DNA of 43,385 nucleotides from a virus: UHGV virus genome UHGV-0217911; one strand, 5' to 3'. Shown piece by piece: positions 28,783 to 38,900 of this stretch (position 1 is its first letter; each line of letters starts with the position of its first letter). The notes under the pieces were generated by a model. It saw only the letters and a program-made list of their open reading frames with translations, ran no database searches and was not told where the DNA came from. The position numbers and the translations under genes were made by a program.

Positions 28783-29814
28783 ATGAATGATTTATCAACA
28801 TATTTTGGCGTTAATACTGCGGTAGTAACTCCTTTTGCTTATGAGAATGCACTTAATACCCTGATTACTAATCTCGATCTGTTCGATGTGCAATATCATA
28901 CAGAAAACAGCATTCTTCTTACCGACCTGATCGATCAGTTTGTGCAGGTAGCTGGGGAAACCTCGCCTTACGCTCAAAGCGACTGGAACGCCTCTAAACG
29001 TCAGGAATGGTCAAACAAACTTTTCCAGATGAAACACGTCGGCAGTATTAACGCTGTTACTTCTCGTGACCTGGAACAATACAGCCGCCAATATCCAAAC
29101 CGTTCTGATGCTATGCTGGTAGCGGTTAATGATTTCTCTGAGGCTCATTACCGTTCACACGCAAACCGTGTTGAAGTGGATCTGATTACCGCGCTGCTGG
29201 GACTGAAAGTTGAATCTGAATATGCCGGACAAGGTGATCTCGACTTCCTCGACGGTCAGGCTAAAACCACGGTACCCGCTATCGACTTTGCATCGACTAC
29301 TGTTAACCCGTTCCTTGCTATTCGTAAAGCGGTGCGCTTACAGAGTGAAAAGCTGGGGTCTGGTCTTGCTGCAAAGCGAACTGGTGTAATTATCTTTGCT
29401 GCTGGCGCTGCTGCTGATGGTTTGTCATCTAACCCGCTGATCAGTGACATGGTGAAATATGCAGGTGATGCGAGTGCTACGGCCCTGTTTACCCGTATGG
29501 TTGATTCTAACCCAGCCTATGACTCTTTCCAGATTGGTGGGATCACTGTTATTGATGTGTCAATGTTTCCTGAGATTGTTGCTCACATCGGAGAGAACGG
29601 TTTCGCAATTGTCCCGGTAATGGATAAATCGGTACAGTGTTACCAGCTTCACACAGGCGTTGGTGTGCGTCATGCTGAGTTAGGTCAAGATGCCGTGTTG
29701 CATCACCAATATCTAATCAAGGATGAATTCCAATTCCCATCTGTGGTTACTGAGACATCTTATCTGCCAGTAAACAACATTCCGCAAGCTATCATCTTCG
29801 GATCTGCTGCGTAA
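28783..29814 (+). CDS. Hypothetical protein (343 aa); possibly a virion-structural-type protein
   Basis: Long ORF with good coding appearance; the size and its position after a ~130-aa protein resemble a decoration/capsid pair, but no diagnostic motif was seen. Confidence 0.6.
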   Translation: MNDLSTYFGVNTAVVTPFAYENALNTLITNLDLFDVQYHTENSILLTDLIDQFVQVAGETSPYAQSDWNASKRQEWSNKLFQMKHVGSINAVTSRDLEQYSRQYPNRSDAMLVAVNDFSEAHYRSHANRVEVDLITALLGLKVESEYAGQGDLDFLDGQAKTTVPAIDFASTTVNPFLAIRKAVRLQSEKLGSGLAAKRTGVIIFAAGAAADGLSSNPLISDMVKYAGDASATALFTRMVDSNPAYDSFQIGGITVIDVSMFPEIVAHIGENGFAIVPVMDKSVQCYQLHTGVGVRHAELGQDAVLHHQYLIKDEFQFPSVVTETSYLPVNNIPQAIIFGSAA

Positions 29815-29967
29815 TAAAGCATTAATAGACGATTCCCATCGTCTGGAAAATAAGGGTAAAGGGATTACCTAACCTGTAGGCGCAAATACAGTAACGAATC
29901 TCTTTGCCTTTTTTGTTTTTCTACTGTCTACAAACCCAAATAAAAATATATATGTGAGAGAAAACCA

Positions 29968-30165
29968 ATGAACACAGAAAATTCACAGGCATTAATTCTT
30001 AAGTCTGTAAAAGAACTGGCAGCTATTAGCGATGACTCAATAATCAATGTCAGTGCCTTATGCAGAATGCTTTCAATTGATGCAAATAATGTGCGGCAGC
30101 GTGTGTTTCAGACTGGGTGCAGCACTTTTGAAGCAATTACATACTACTGTTCTAAAAAACAATAA
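29968..30165 (+). CDS. Small hypothetical protein (65 aa), possible HTH
   Basis: ORF with a GAGAGA purine-rich region upstream; the SALCRMLSIDANNVRQRV segment is HTH-like. Confidence 0.4.
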   Translation: MNTENSQALILKSVKELAAISDDSIINVSALCRMLSIDANNVRQRVFQTGCSTFEAITYYCSKKQ

Positions 30166-30199
30166 CAAACAACAATCATAATACAGGGAAACAATTAGC

Positions 30200-32101
30200 A
30201 TGTTAGAAATTAGCGCCTCACGAATTAGTAATGTTGTGACATTTACCACTGATTTCAAGAGCTTACAGAAAGCTAAGAATGAAGTGGATAAGCTACAAAA
30301 GAAGATGCAGGGGATCAAACCTGTGCAAGTGGCGGCAGCACGTCAGAAAGATTTACAGAGGCTGGGAAAAGAGATTCAGCGCCAGCATGATCAGCATGTT
30401 AAGCAGGCTGTTAAATCTGAGACACAGGCATCTAAAGCCAGCACTAAACAGAAGCTACAGGAAGCTAAAAACCTCGCTAAAGCACAGGCTAAACGAGCCT
30501 CAATTGCTGAAAAGGCAGAGATCAAGCGCCTTGCATCATATCGCCAGTTACAAGGCATCAAGAACAATTCCCGCTATGGCGAAGGGATGGATATTAAGAA
30601 ATATCACGATGCTCTACGTTACATTAAGGAACAAACCCGCCTCTATGAATCCGGCGCTATATCGCAAGCGAAGATGAATGCCCTGATCCGTGACCGCATC
30701 ACATTAGAAAGACGAGCCGCAGCCGCTGCTACGCGTCGTAATGCTGCCGCTGGGGGGGTATATCCAGTTACTTCTAAGAAGCTCCACAAAGAAGGTGTTA
30801 GCGGCGGTGGCGCGTTAATGATGGGCGGTGTTGGTGGCATTATCGGCGGCGCTGCCGTTGGCTTAGGAAGTATGGCTGTATCCGCTGGAATGGAAAAAGC
30901 CCGTGAACGTATGGAATTGCAGAAGATGAGCGATCTGGTAGGTGCCGATAGCAATCAGGTGGCTGCAATGGTTAATTGGGGGAGGGCAAACGGTGTATCA
31001 AGTGCAAGCGCGGACAAGACCACTGATAATATCAAAGACTTAAACGAACGCATTGGTCATCAAAGCCGAACTGCTGAATGGGATAGTAAGAAAAAAGAGT
31101 GGCGAGGCGGGGAAGGATCATTAAATGATATTCAGAATGCCTTTGCATGGAACAAAGATAAGATAGCTTCCTACCAGGGGCGACCGCTGCAACTCTTGCA
31201 AGACGTGGTGAGAGAAGGTGAACGCCGAGGAATGACTAAAGAAGCCATCATATCCCTGATCGAACCATTAGCAGACGATGCCAGCCATTATCTCAAGATG
31301 TTTTCCCGTGATGGGGAAGAGTTCCGTAAAACGATGGTTGATATGGAAAACAACGGGCAGCTACTGACAGAAGCACAGAAAGAGCAATATCGCGCAGCTA
31401 ACAAGACAGCTACAGCCTTTGACCGTCTGACAGATGGACTATCGAATCAGGCTATTTTGGGCTTCTTTGATGGCATAGCCAACATGCCAGCACTCAAACC
31501 GGAAGAAAGCAAAGCCTTACAGAATGCAGCTTATGGTGTTGGTGCATCGTTCGGGGATTTGGCTAAACAAGGCGCTATATTACTGACCTCTATGACTTCT
31601 TACGGGAATCAAATCACAAGCTGGATTAATAAACATCTTAGCCGTGGTGAGAATGATAACCGACCTGAGACACAAAAGGTTATGGACGCTGTTACAGATG
31701 GGGAATGGTCGCCATCAACGATTATCAATGAAGGTATTCGTTATGCAACTGGACTCGATACGAAAGATGTAGGGCGTATTGTGCGCGGTGAGGAAACACA
31801 GTCCGGCGTTCCAGGGTGGTGGACTGATTTAATTAATGGCAATGCTAACAGCTACGGATCAACCCTTGTTGCACGTAAAGCAGAAGCCTATCAGCCGACT
31901 GTAAGCCTACAACGTCAATACGCAACCCCTGTTAACGTGAATGCACAGGTTACGGTGCCGAGTGATATGATCTCTGTTAACGTCATCCCTAACGGTCCCG
32001 GCTTTCAGGATTTAATCCGCACTGAGATCAGAGCGAACAACAATCAGTTTAGTTCGAATCTGATTCTTAGCACGTTGTCAGGACAGAGTAGCGTTAACTA
32101 A
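30200..32101 (+). CDS. Large coiled-coil protein with internal glycine-zipper hydrophobic segment (tape-measure- or ejection-protein-like)
   Basis: 633 aa; N-terminal K/A/Q-rich coiled coil, then GGGALMMGGVGGIIGGAAVGLGSMAVSAG, then a long mixed domain. Confidence 0.65.
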   Translation: MLEISASRISNVVTFTTDFKSLQKAKNEVDKLQKKMQGIKPVQVAAARQKDLQRLGKEIQRQHDQHVKQAVKSETQASKASTKQKLQEAKNLAKAQAKRASIAEKAEIKRLASYRQLQGIKNNSRYGEGMDIKKYHDALRYIKEQTRLYESGAISQAKMNALIRDRITLERRAAAAATRRNAAAGGVYPVTSKKLHKEGVSGGGALMMGGVGGIIGGAAVGLGSMAVSAGMEKARERMELQKMSDLVGADSNQVAAMVNWGRANGVSSASADKTTDNIKDLNERIGHQSRTAEWDSKKKEWRGGEGSLNDIQNAFAWNKDKIASYQGRPLQLLQDVVREGERRGMTKEAIISLIEPLADDASHYLKMFSRDGEEFRKTMVDMENNGQLLTEAQKEQYRAANKTATAFDRLTDGLSNQAILGFFDGIANMPALKPEESKALQNAAYGVGASFGDLAKQGAILLTSMTSYGNQITSWINKHLSRGENDNRPETQKVMDAVTDGEWSPSTIINEGIRYATGLDTKDVGRIVRGEETQSGVPGWWTDLINGNANSYGSTLVARKAEAYQPTVSLQRQYATPVNVNAQVTVPSDMISVNVIPNGPGFQDLIRTEIRANNNQFSSNLILSTLSGQSSVN

Positions 32102-32174
32102 GTTTAACGATAACTAATAATAAAGCGGGGGCAATATTTATTGCTTTCCGCTCATTACACAAGGATTAATATAA

Positions 32175-32831
32175 ATGGCTATCAAAGAAAGTCAGATCAA
32201 CAGCACATCTAACATTAATACATCTAACAGCAAGGTTAAATCTGATAACGGATTTGCCATTATATGTAGCAACCTGAATAACGAGAATGCATCAACGATA
32301 GCCAGTTATAAAGCTATTACTTTTGACGCTGTTCCGGCAACTAAGGTTTCACGTTCTGCCGATGTTACATCGTATCCTGTGCAGGATGGTAATGATGTAT
32401 CTGATAATGTCAGGATCAAGAATAATAAACTTATGCTTTCAGGCATTATTACAGAAACACCATTAGCATTACGTGGTGATATGCTATCAAGTGCAGGGGT
32501 GAACGGTAACAGGTGTTCACAGGCTATTGCTTATCTTGATGAAATAATGAATGCCAGACAGCCTATTATTGTAAGCACAGAGCATAAGACGTTTGATAAT
32601 ATGATTCTGACAGGCATTGACTACGAATATAAAACAGAATCAGCTTTACAGTTTGATTTGCAGTTCGAACAGATAAGATTAGTGAGTTATGCAACTACTA
32701 ACGCTATTGCTGTAAAGACCGCATCACCTAAGAGCACAGGCGGACAGGTAAAAAGCCAAGTGCCAACCAATGCAGGAACAGCCAGCACCACTAAAGACAC
32801 CCTTCCGACGTATGACGGAGAAGTGAAATAA
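32175..32831 (+). CDS. Hypothetical protein (218 aa)
   Basis: ORF following the 633-aa gene; Ser/Asn/Thr-rich termini. Confidence 0.55.
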   Translation: MAIKESQINSTSNINTSNSKVKSDNGFAIICSNLNNENASTIASYKAITFDAVPATKVSRSADVTSYPVQDGNDVSDNVRIKNNKLMLSGIITETPLALRGDMLSSAGVNGNRCSQAIAYLDEIMNARQPIIVSTEHKTFDNMILTGIDYEYKTESALQFDLQFEQIRLVSYATTNAIAVKTASPKSTGGQVKSQVPTNAGTASTTKDTLPTYDGEVK

Positions 32832-32905
32832 TCCCTATAAAGAACGATGTAGCGAGATAATCATAAAAGAGGCTACCAATCTATATTGAAGCCTCTTTAT
32901 TACGT

Positions 32906-34270
32906 CTATAGCGTTGTTTTACGCCTTAAATTTGATTTTTTATTGATTGATAAGCCTTTCTCTATTTCAGGGTAGCGTAAAAGCTCAATATATTTTTTAA
33001 GCTCTATTGGAGAAGCTGCATTTTTGCTATATGTGCGGAATGTTTCTGTATTGCCGCGTGTATGGCCCAGGAGAAGGGCGATCCTGTCTTCTGGAATTTG
33101 ATTTCGATCAAGAAGCTGTGCTACTCCGTGTCTCAGAGAATGAAACACCTTCCTTTCTGTTCCCTTTTCCCCTAAAGCCTTTCGTTTAGCTCTTGTAAAT
33201 CTCTGCGTATGCCACGTGGAACGTTTACCATCAGCACGCTCTGTAATGCTGGCGTGATAGAACAAAAAGCCATTGTGAGGCTTTTCACGCAGCGACAACA
33301 CCAACGGAGTGATAAGGCTATGCACAGGCACAAGACGTGCCGCAGCTTTCGTTTTTCCCTGTGTGATTTCAAAACACAGCACACCTTCGATCTCTTTCAC
33401 ATCGTCTATTGTGAGACTTGCTATCTCATTGATCCGCATACCTGTATATAAACCGATAAGACACAAAGCCATCATTTCTTTGTTTTCTGCTGAATTACCG
33501 GAAAATACTTGCAACACCTGCAATAGCTCTTTGTTAGAAAATGCCTCGTAGCTCTCTCTACTTTGTGCCACATCAAGCCTATGCCCTCGCCAGGGGGAGA
33601 GCGCCCTTTCTGGCGCATCGTGGTAACGTGATGAAGCTAATTCCCATAGCTGGGCCATTGGGCTGATATAATTTGCAATTGATTGTTGTGAAAGAGTTTT
33701 TTGCATGTGTTCAATCCAGCCTGTAACAGTGGTGCGGCTTACATCTTGCAATGCAATATCAGGCTTTTTACGGTAGGAGAGAAACATCTCTACCGCTTTT
33801 CTTGCCTTAGCTAAAGTGGCTGGCTTCTTCTTCGTGCTGTTAATTGTCAGGTAGATTTCAAGAATTTTAAGCAATGACGGACACGAAGACGCTGTATCTT
33901 GCATTCTGGTAGCTGTTTTGGCGTATTTAGCCTTACTGCGTAACAGTTCCAGCGTGTTTTCTATTGTGCTGTTTACAGGGGCAACACTCTCCCGTAAGCA
34001 ATGGTATTCATCTGCAATCTGATCACGCTTTCTACGTGCAACACGAAGATTACTTGTGTGCAGACTTCTGACAAACGTCCTTTTTCCTTCAAAAAAGGGC
34101 TGCATATACACAGGCAGCGTGATCCTTAAATAGTAGTTACCGTAAGAATCACAGATTAAGTATTGGTTAGGCTTGTATCTCATAAAATCTCCGGCTAAAG
34201 TGTCGGAGCGTTTGTAATGTGAAAATTGATTGTGACGCATAGAAAATGATGATTTTTCTATAAGATTCAA
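32906..34270 (-). CDS. Tyrosine-type site-specific integrase
   Basis: C-terminal catalytic region with HSLRHGVAQLL ... LLGHTRGNTETFRTYS (R..H..R..Y pattern), adjacent to the 21-bp tRNA-derived repeat. Start codon uncertain (alternatives at 34240 and 34183). Confidence 0.85.
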   Translation of the reverse strand: MNLIEKSSFSMRHNQFSHYKRSDTLAGDFMRYKPNQYLICDSYGNYYLRITLPVYMQPFFEGKRTFVRSLHTSNLRVARRKRDQIADEYHCLRESVAPVNSTIENTLELLRSKAKYAKTATRMQDTASSCPSLLKILEIYLTINSTKKKPATLAKARKAVEMFLSYRKKPDIALQDVSRTTVTGWIEHMQKTLSQQSIANYISPMAQLWELASSRYHDAPERALSPWRGHRLDVAQSRESYEAFSNKELLQVLQVFSGNSAENKEMMALCLIGLYTGMRINEIASLTIDDVKEIEGVLCFEITQGKTKAAARLVPVHSLITPLVLSLREKPHNGFLFYHASITERADGKRSTWHTQRFTRAKRKALGEKGTERKVFHSLRHGVAQLLDRNQIPEDRIALLLGHTRGNTETFRTYSKNAASPIELKKYIELLRYPEIEKGLSINKKSNLRRKTTL

Positions 34271-34325
34271 TCAATTAGTAATGGTCGTAGGTGATGGCAT
34301 TAACACGAGATTAATCGAGTGTTTT

Positions 34326-34346
34326 ACTCCTATTATCGGCACCATT
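34326..34346 (+). repeat. 21-bp direct repeat of the tRNA-Thr 3' end (ACTCCTATTATCGGCACCATT), att core of the second element
   Basis: Identical to 22227-22247. Confidence 0.75.
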
Positions 34347-34498
34347 CTAACGTCTCCCCAAGTCTACTCAAGTATTTAAAAACCTCTTATAATCAGTATA
34401 TTAATGCCCCTTTTAGTCTTTTGACGTCTATTTAAGTACCCCAAACTCTACAAGCAATTGAGGGGATTTGCTGTTCAGTTTAGTGGAGATACCCCCAA

Positions 34499-34837
34499 GT
34501 GAAACTCAATGCCCGTCAAATAGACACTGCCAAGCCAAAAGAGAAGGCTTACAAGTTGGCTGATGGTGGTGGTCTGTACCTCCTGGTAAAACCTGGTGGA
34601 GGAGAATATTGGCGTCTCAAGTATCGTGTAGCTGGTAAAGAGAAGCTGTTAGCACTAGGTGTGTATCCTGAGGTCACCTTAGCTGATGCTCCTGCAAAAC
34701 TTGAAGAAGCTAAAAGAGGTATCTCTGGGGGAATCGATCTGATGGAAGTGAAGCGAGAGGAAAAGATTGCCCGGGAAACGCAGTTAAACAACACCTTCAA
34801 AGATATTGCCCTTGAGTGGCACAGTAACAAATTATAA
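34499..34837 (+). pseudogene. Truncated P4-type integrase (N-terminal arm-binding domain only)
   Basis: VKLNARQIDTAKPKEKAYKLADGGGLYLLVKPGGGEYWRLKYRVAGKEKLLALGVYPEV is the typical N-terminus of tRNA-associated integrases. The ORF stops after 112 aa with no catalytic domain and is followed by AT-rich non-coding DNA. Confidence 0.7.
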
Positions 34838-35271
34838 TCACAATAATAGTGTATATAATTATACATTGTATGCTTGGTAATCATATAATGATAAAAGCTT
34901 CCGATAATCAGTATGAGATTTGTCCTTAAACTCCTAGACATGCTTTTCTAAATCTTCCAATGGTATATGTCCATTTATACAAATAAAATTCTAGTGATAA
35001 ATACCTTCAGGTATGATTAGACAACATCTTTATTCGATGGGGGTTAATCTATATTTGATATCTTTCTTTTAAATAACAACGCCATTAAAAACGCTTTGTT
35101 TAATGACGTTTTTTTATTGTTTCCTGTATAAAGCCTAACCAGCATAAACATTGGTGGCTCTTATGCTCATTGTAATTAAATGAGAGTGTGATTAATGTCT
35201 TTATATATTCAGGTAGTTATTCTCTCCAGAAGAATACATTGTAAGAAGATGACTGTTAGTATGTTTTAACA

Positions 35272-35766
35272 TCAATTAACATTAAGGTTTGATAATAATT
35301 TTTTGTTGGCGAGTTCAAATGTTTTCATTTCATCATCTGATAGCCCGCTCCAGATTTTCTTTAGCATTACATTTTGAGTGTTTATTAGTTTTTGAGCAAG
35401 TGTAACTCCGTCAGGGGTTAAGCAAATACTTTTGCTTCGACGATCGTTTTTATTATTAATTCTTTTGGCAATATTCTTTTTTTCTAATTTGTCTATGATG
35501 TGTGTGATGTTTGTTTTGGAGAATTGTAACTCCTTGTAAATATCAGAAGGGGACTGACAATAATCATCAGACATATATAATGAAACTAACACCATAAATG
35601 TTGAAGTGTTTATTCTATACTCGCTCAATTCATTTTCTATAATACTCTGGATTTTGTCATTTACTCTAATATATAAGTGTATTAACAGACTCTCCTGAGC
35701 CGGGTATGCCGGATTTTTGATTTTTTTGTAGTTTGTTATAGTTTTTAATAAATCTATATTATTCAT
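35272..35766 (-). CDS. vatX: MarR-family winged-helix transcriptional regulator (vatX-like)
   Basis: About 165 aa with the MarR-type wHTH region (SPSDIYKELQFSKTNITHIIDKLEKKNIAKRINNKNDRRSKSICLTPDG), AT-rich, immediately downstream of the autotransporter on the same strand. Confidence 0.7.
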   Translation of the reverse strand: MNNIDLLKTITNYKKIKNPAYPAQESLLIHLYIRVNDKIQSIIENELSEYRINTSTFMVLVSLYMSDDYCQSPSDIYKELQFSKTNITHIIDKLEKKNIAKRINNKNDRRSKSICLTPDGVTLAQKLINTQNVMLKKIWSGLSDDEMKTFELANKKLLSNLNVN

Positions 35767-35880
35767 AATTCCACCACACGGCAAAAGAAAACTCATGAAG
35801 ATTACTCAACCTGAGTGTTACATGAAGTATCGTGAACGCCGGAAAATCTAAGTTCCAGCCTGTACCGTAATCAGATAATC

Positions 35881-35915
35881 GCAGCAAAGGGACAAAGCAA
35901 TAGTCCCTTTGCTGC
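35881..35915 (-). terminator. Hairpin immediately downstream of the autotransporter stop
   Basis: GCAGCAAAGGGAC ... GTCCCTTTGCTGC, a 13-bp stem. Confidence 0.45.
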
Positions 35916-35921
35916 ACAGCA

Positions 35922-38900
35922 TCAGAATGAATAACGAATGTTAGCGTTTATCGCATCATCTGTGTTGTATTTACCGAATGCAGAGCGTTCAACTTCCAGC
36001 CCCAGACGCGTATTGTCGCCAAACCGGGCATTTAACCCCACACCGTAAAGCATACGACCGTCTTTTCTCCCATTAATCTGATGTTCTCCCGCTGCATCCT
36101 TCAGGTGAACGTCAGCACTGTCCGTCAGATCGAACTCATAATGCAGGCCGGCACGGGCTGTCAGACTCCAGTCCTTACCACTGAAGGTTTTACCGGAAAC
36201 AACGCCGGTTCTGCCTACCAGAGGATTAACGCTGTTACGACGCATTGAGACATCCATTCCACTGTCGTTCCAGTTAAATGTTTGGCCCTGCAGTCTTCCC
36301 CAGACCAGTTCCGCCTGAGGTTCAACAAACGTCGTATCTGTCAGATGATAACGGTATCCGACTTCTGCACCTGCATACAGTGAATGGCTGCGGAAGTTCT
36401 GTTTACCAGCTCCGGCAAAGTTCAGGTCATATTTGTTTTCATTGTGAATATATTTGGCAATCAAATCAAAGTAAGCGCCGGACCGGAACAGACCACTGGC
36501 ATAGAAACCACCACCCCATGATTTTGTTTTACCGCTGTACAGGCCTGCTGACGCATCTGTGTCAGTGTAGGTGGCCATCACGCCGGTAAACAGGTCCATA
36601 CTTCCCAGTTCGTGCTTACGGTCAGCCCCCATCTGCAGCAGGGTATAGTGGTCAGTGAAACCGCCATCAGCAGAGCCGGAACCGTTCAGCAGACGCACCC
36701 ACGTACCGGCTTCGCCGTTAATATCCCTCAAATCGCCCATGCGTTTGTTCAGGTTGTTAACTTCAGTGATGAAGTTGTTATAGCTGATGTGCATGAATGT
36801 GGCGGCAGCCTTACCCTGGCCGTCGTTACGTGCAACCTGGTAACCATCGAGGACCCACTCTTTTTTCCCGTCCTCTTTTCTGACACTAAGGGTGGGGGTG
36901 ACATCACTGAATCCCACAACCCGTGTTGATGCCCTGAACAGATTATCAGCTGTCGCTTCAGGTGCGCTGACCAGTGGAATATCAAGCGTGTCCTTGTCAG
37001 AGGGTTTTTTCAGGAAGTTAACCCAGATGCTGTTGTCATGACCTGTTGCCGACTTGTTTATCACCAGTTTGTCTGCCTTGTTAAGGTCTGTACGCATGAC
37101 AAATGCTGACTGAACCGCGTCCAGATTATCTGTTGTCAGTGTCGTGAACGATGATGTTCCCCCGTTAAAACCGACTATTGTCCGGTTAAGTTTCATATTT
37201 CCTGCCGTGGAGTTTCCGTTCATCGACCACTGGGTGTCTGTCATGCTGACGGTGGCATCCGGTGCATTCAGGCTCCCGCTCCAGGTATTGCGGTACCCGT
37301 TAAACAGGCTGTACAACATCTGATTCTGAAGAGTCAGGTCAGGACTCAGTTCCCCTTCCCCTCCGAGGGTGACAGTCCCTTTATCCTGAACATTGATATT
37401 ACCTGACAACATACTGTACGGCCCCACGTTCAGGCGGGCATCGTCTCCCTTCAGGTTCCATGAACCGGCATAATCGTATACAGGTAAAAGTGTGTGAGAT
37501 ACCTCATCAGGACGGCTGTTCAGACTCAGGGTGGCATCAGAAATATTCACTGGACCGTCAGAAACAAAACTCTGACTGGCCAGAGCATTTGCTCCCTTGT
37601 TCAGATTCAGGGCGGTACTGGTCAGCGTTGAGTTCCCCAGAATGGCACTGTCTGAGGAGATATTCACGGTACTGTTGTTCGCCTGTATTCCGCCATTGAA
37701 TATATCATTGATATTCAGCACTGACTGATTATCCAGGTTGACGGTGCCGTTGAAGACACTTTTATCTGCATCTTTAGTTGCAACAGATGTGCCTTCTTCA
37801 AGGGTAAAGGCTGTTCCCTGGCCATCTTTTTTGTCGATAAATACCCGACTGTCGCCCAGCGTGACGCTGGAGTTATCTGCCTGGATGGTTGTGTTCAGTG
37901 TGGCATTGCGGCCCAGACCAAAGTCTGTATCTTTTAACACGAGCGAACCAAAGCTGAACGTCCTGTTCTCCCAGTCATCCTGTGTAAATGAGGTGGGCTG
38001 TGTCAGAACGGAATTGTCGCCCAGAGACGAGACTGTATTTGCAATACTCTGAGACGTTGAAGCATGGATAACCGGGTGGCCCTGAATGGTCAGACGACCG
38101 TTTTCCTGAGTAAATGTACCGGACATATTCGCTGAGCCGTCCATAACCAATGCGCCGGTTGTACCCGGGGTTGCTTTATTTGAGAAATTAATATTTCCCA
38201 GCAACTTGCCATGATACAGATACCCTTTATTATTAATTCTGTTTGCAAGCAGCGCCTGTGCACTGTTCTGGTCATGTCCGACATATTCCCAGTGCTCGTT
38301 ACTGACCTGACCGGTAGGGAACCAGCCATAACTACTTGTTTTCAGGATAAAATAATCGACGGTATGAGTATAGGGATTATTATAAATATATAATGAACCT
38401 ACTGTTCCCCTGTTTGATGATGACCATTCATTAACTTTTACGTCTGCCGGATGCGTCTGATAATCCAGAGTGATATTAGCCGTTTTATCACTGCTGTTAC
38501 CGAGAGTTGCGCCATAATCGGCGGCATTCAGCTTATGAAATGTCAGGTCATTCCCGTTAACATCCAGAACACCCCCCCGGTAGCCCCAGGATATATTGTC
38601 CGGATTAACCTGCTGGTTGTCTGCCAGCACGACTGTCGGGCGGCCGCTGGCAATATTCACGCTACTGAATGCCTGAACGTGTCCTGAACTGTCAGCCTGC
38701 TGATTGAGGACAACGGTCCCATCCCCGACTTTCAGGCCGCCCTCATTAACACCGGTTCCCTGTACAACCAGGGTTCCTTCGCCGATTTTATGCAGGTTGT
38801 CACCTTTCACACCATTAACCTGCCAGTTTACGGAGGCATCCTTGTCCACAATAATACCGGCCCCGGTCCAGGTACTTCCGTTTGAAGTGGTGACAGTGTA

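Larger units (their letters stand above)
22246..34346. mobile_element. Integrative element (about 12 kb) bounded by direct repeats of the tRNA-Thr 3' end; carries integrase, serine recombinase, an iteron/replication-like module and an uncharacterized operon
   Basis: Left boundary is the 46-bp tRNA fragment and right boundary a 21-bp repeat (34326-34346) next to a tyrosine integrase. It is AT-rich with low coding density. Confidence 0.65.

Noticed and set aside
28783-29814. Confident annotation of the 343-aa protein as a lambda E-type or HK97-type major capsid protein
   Set aside because: Size and context are suggestive, but I could not find any capsid-family motif by eye, so it stays hypothetical pending a profile search.
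30279-30954. 132-aa plus-strand and 103-aa minus-strand ORFs inside the 633-aa gene
   Set aside because: They are alternative-frame or antisense overlaps within a long, continuous ORF that has a plausible start and RBS.
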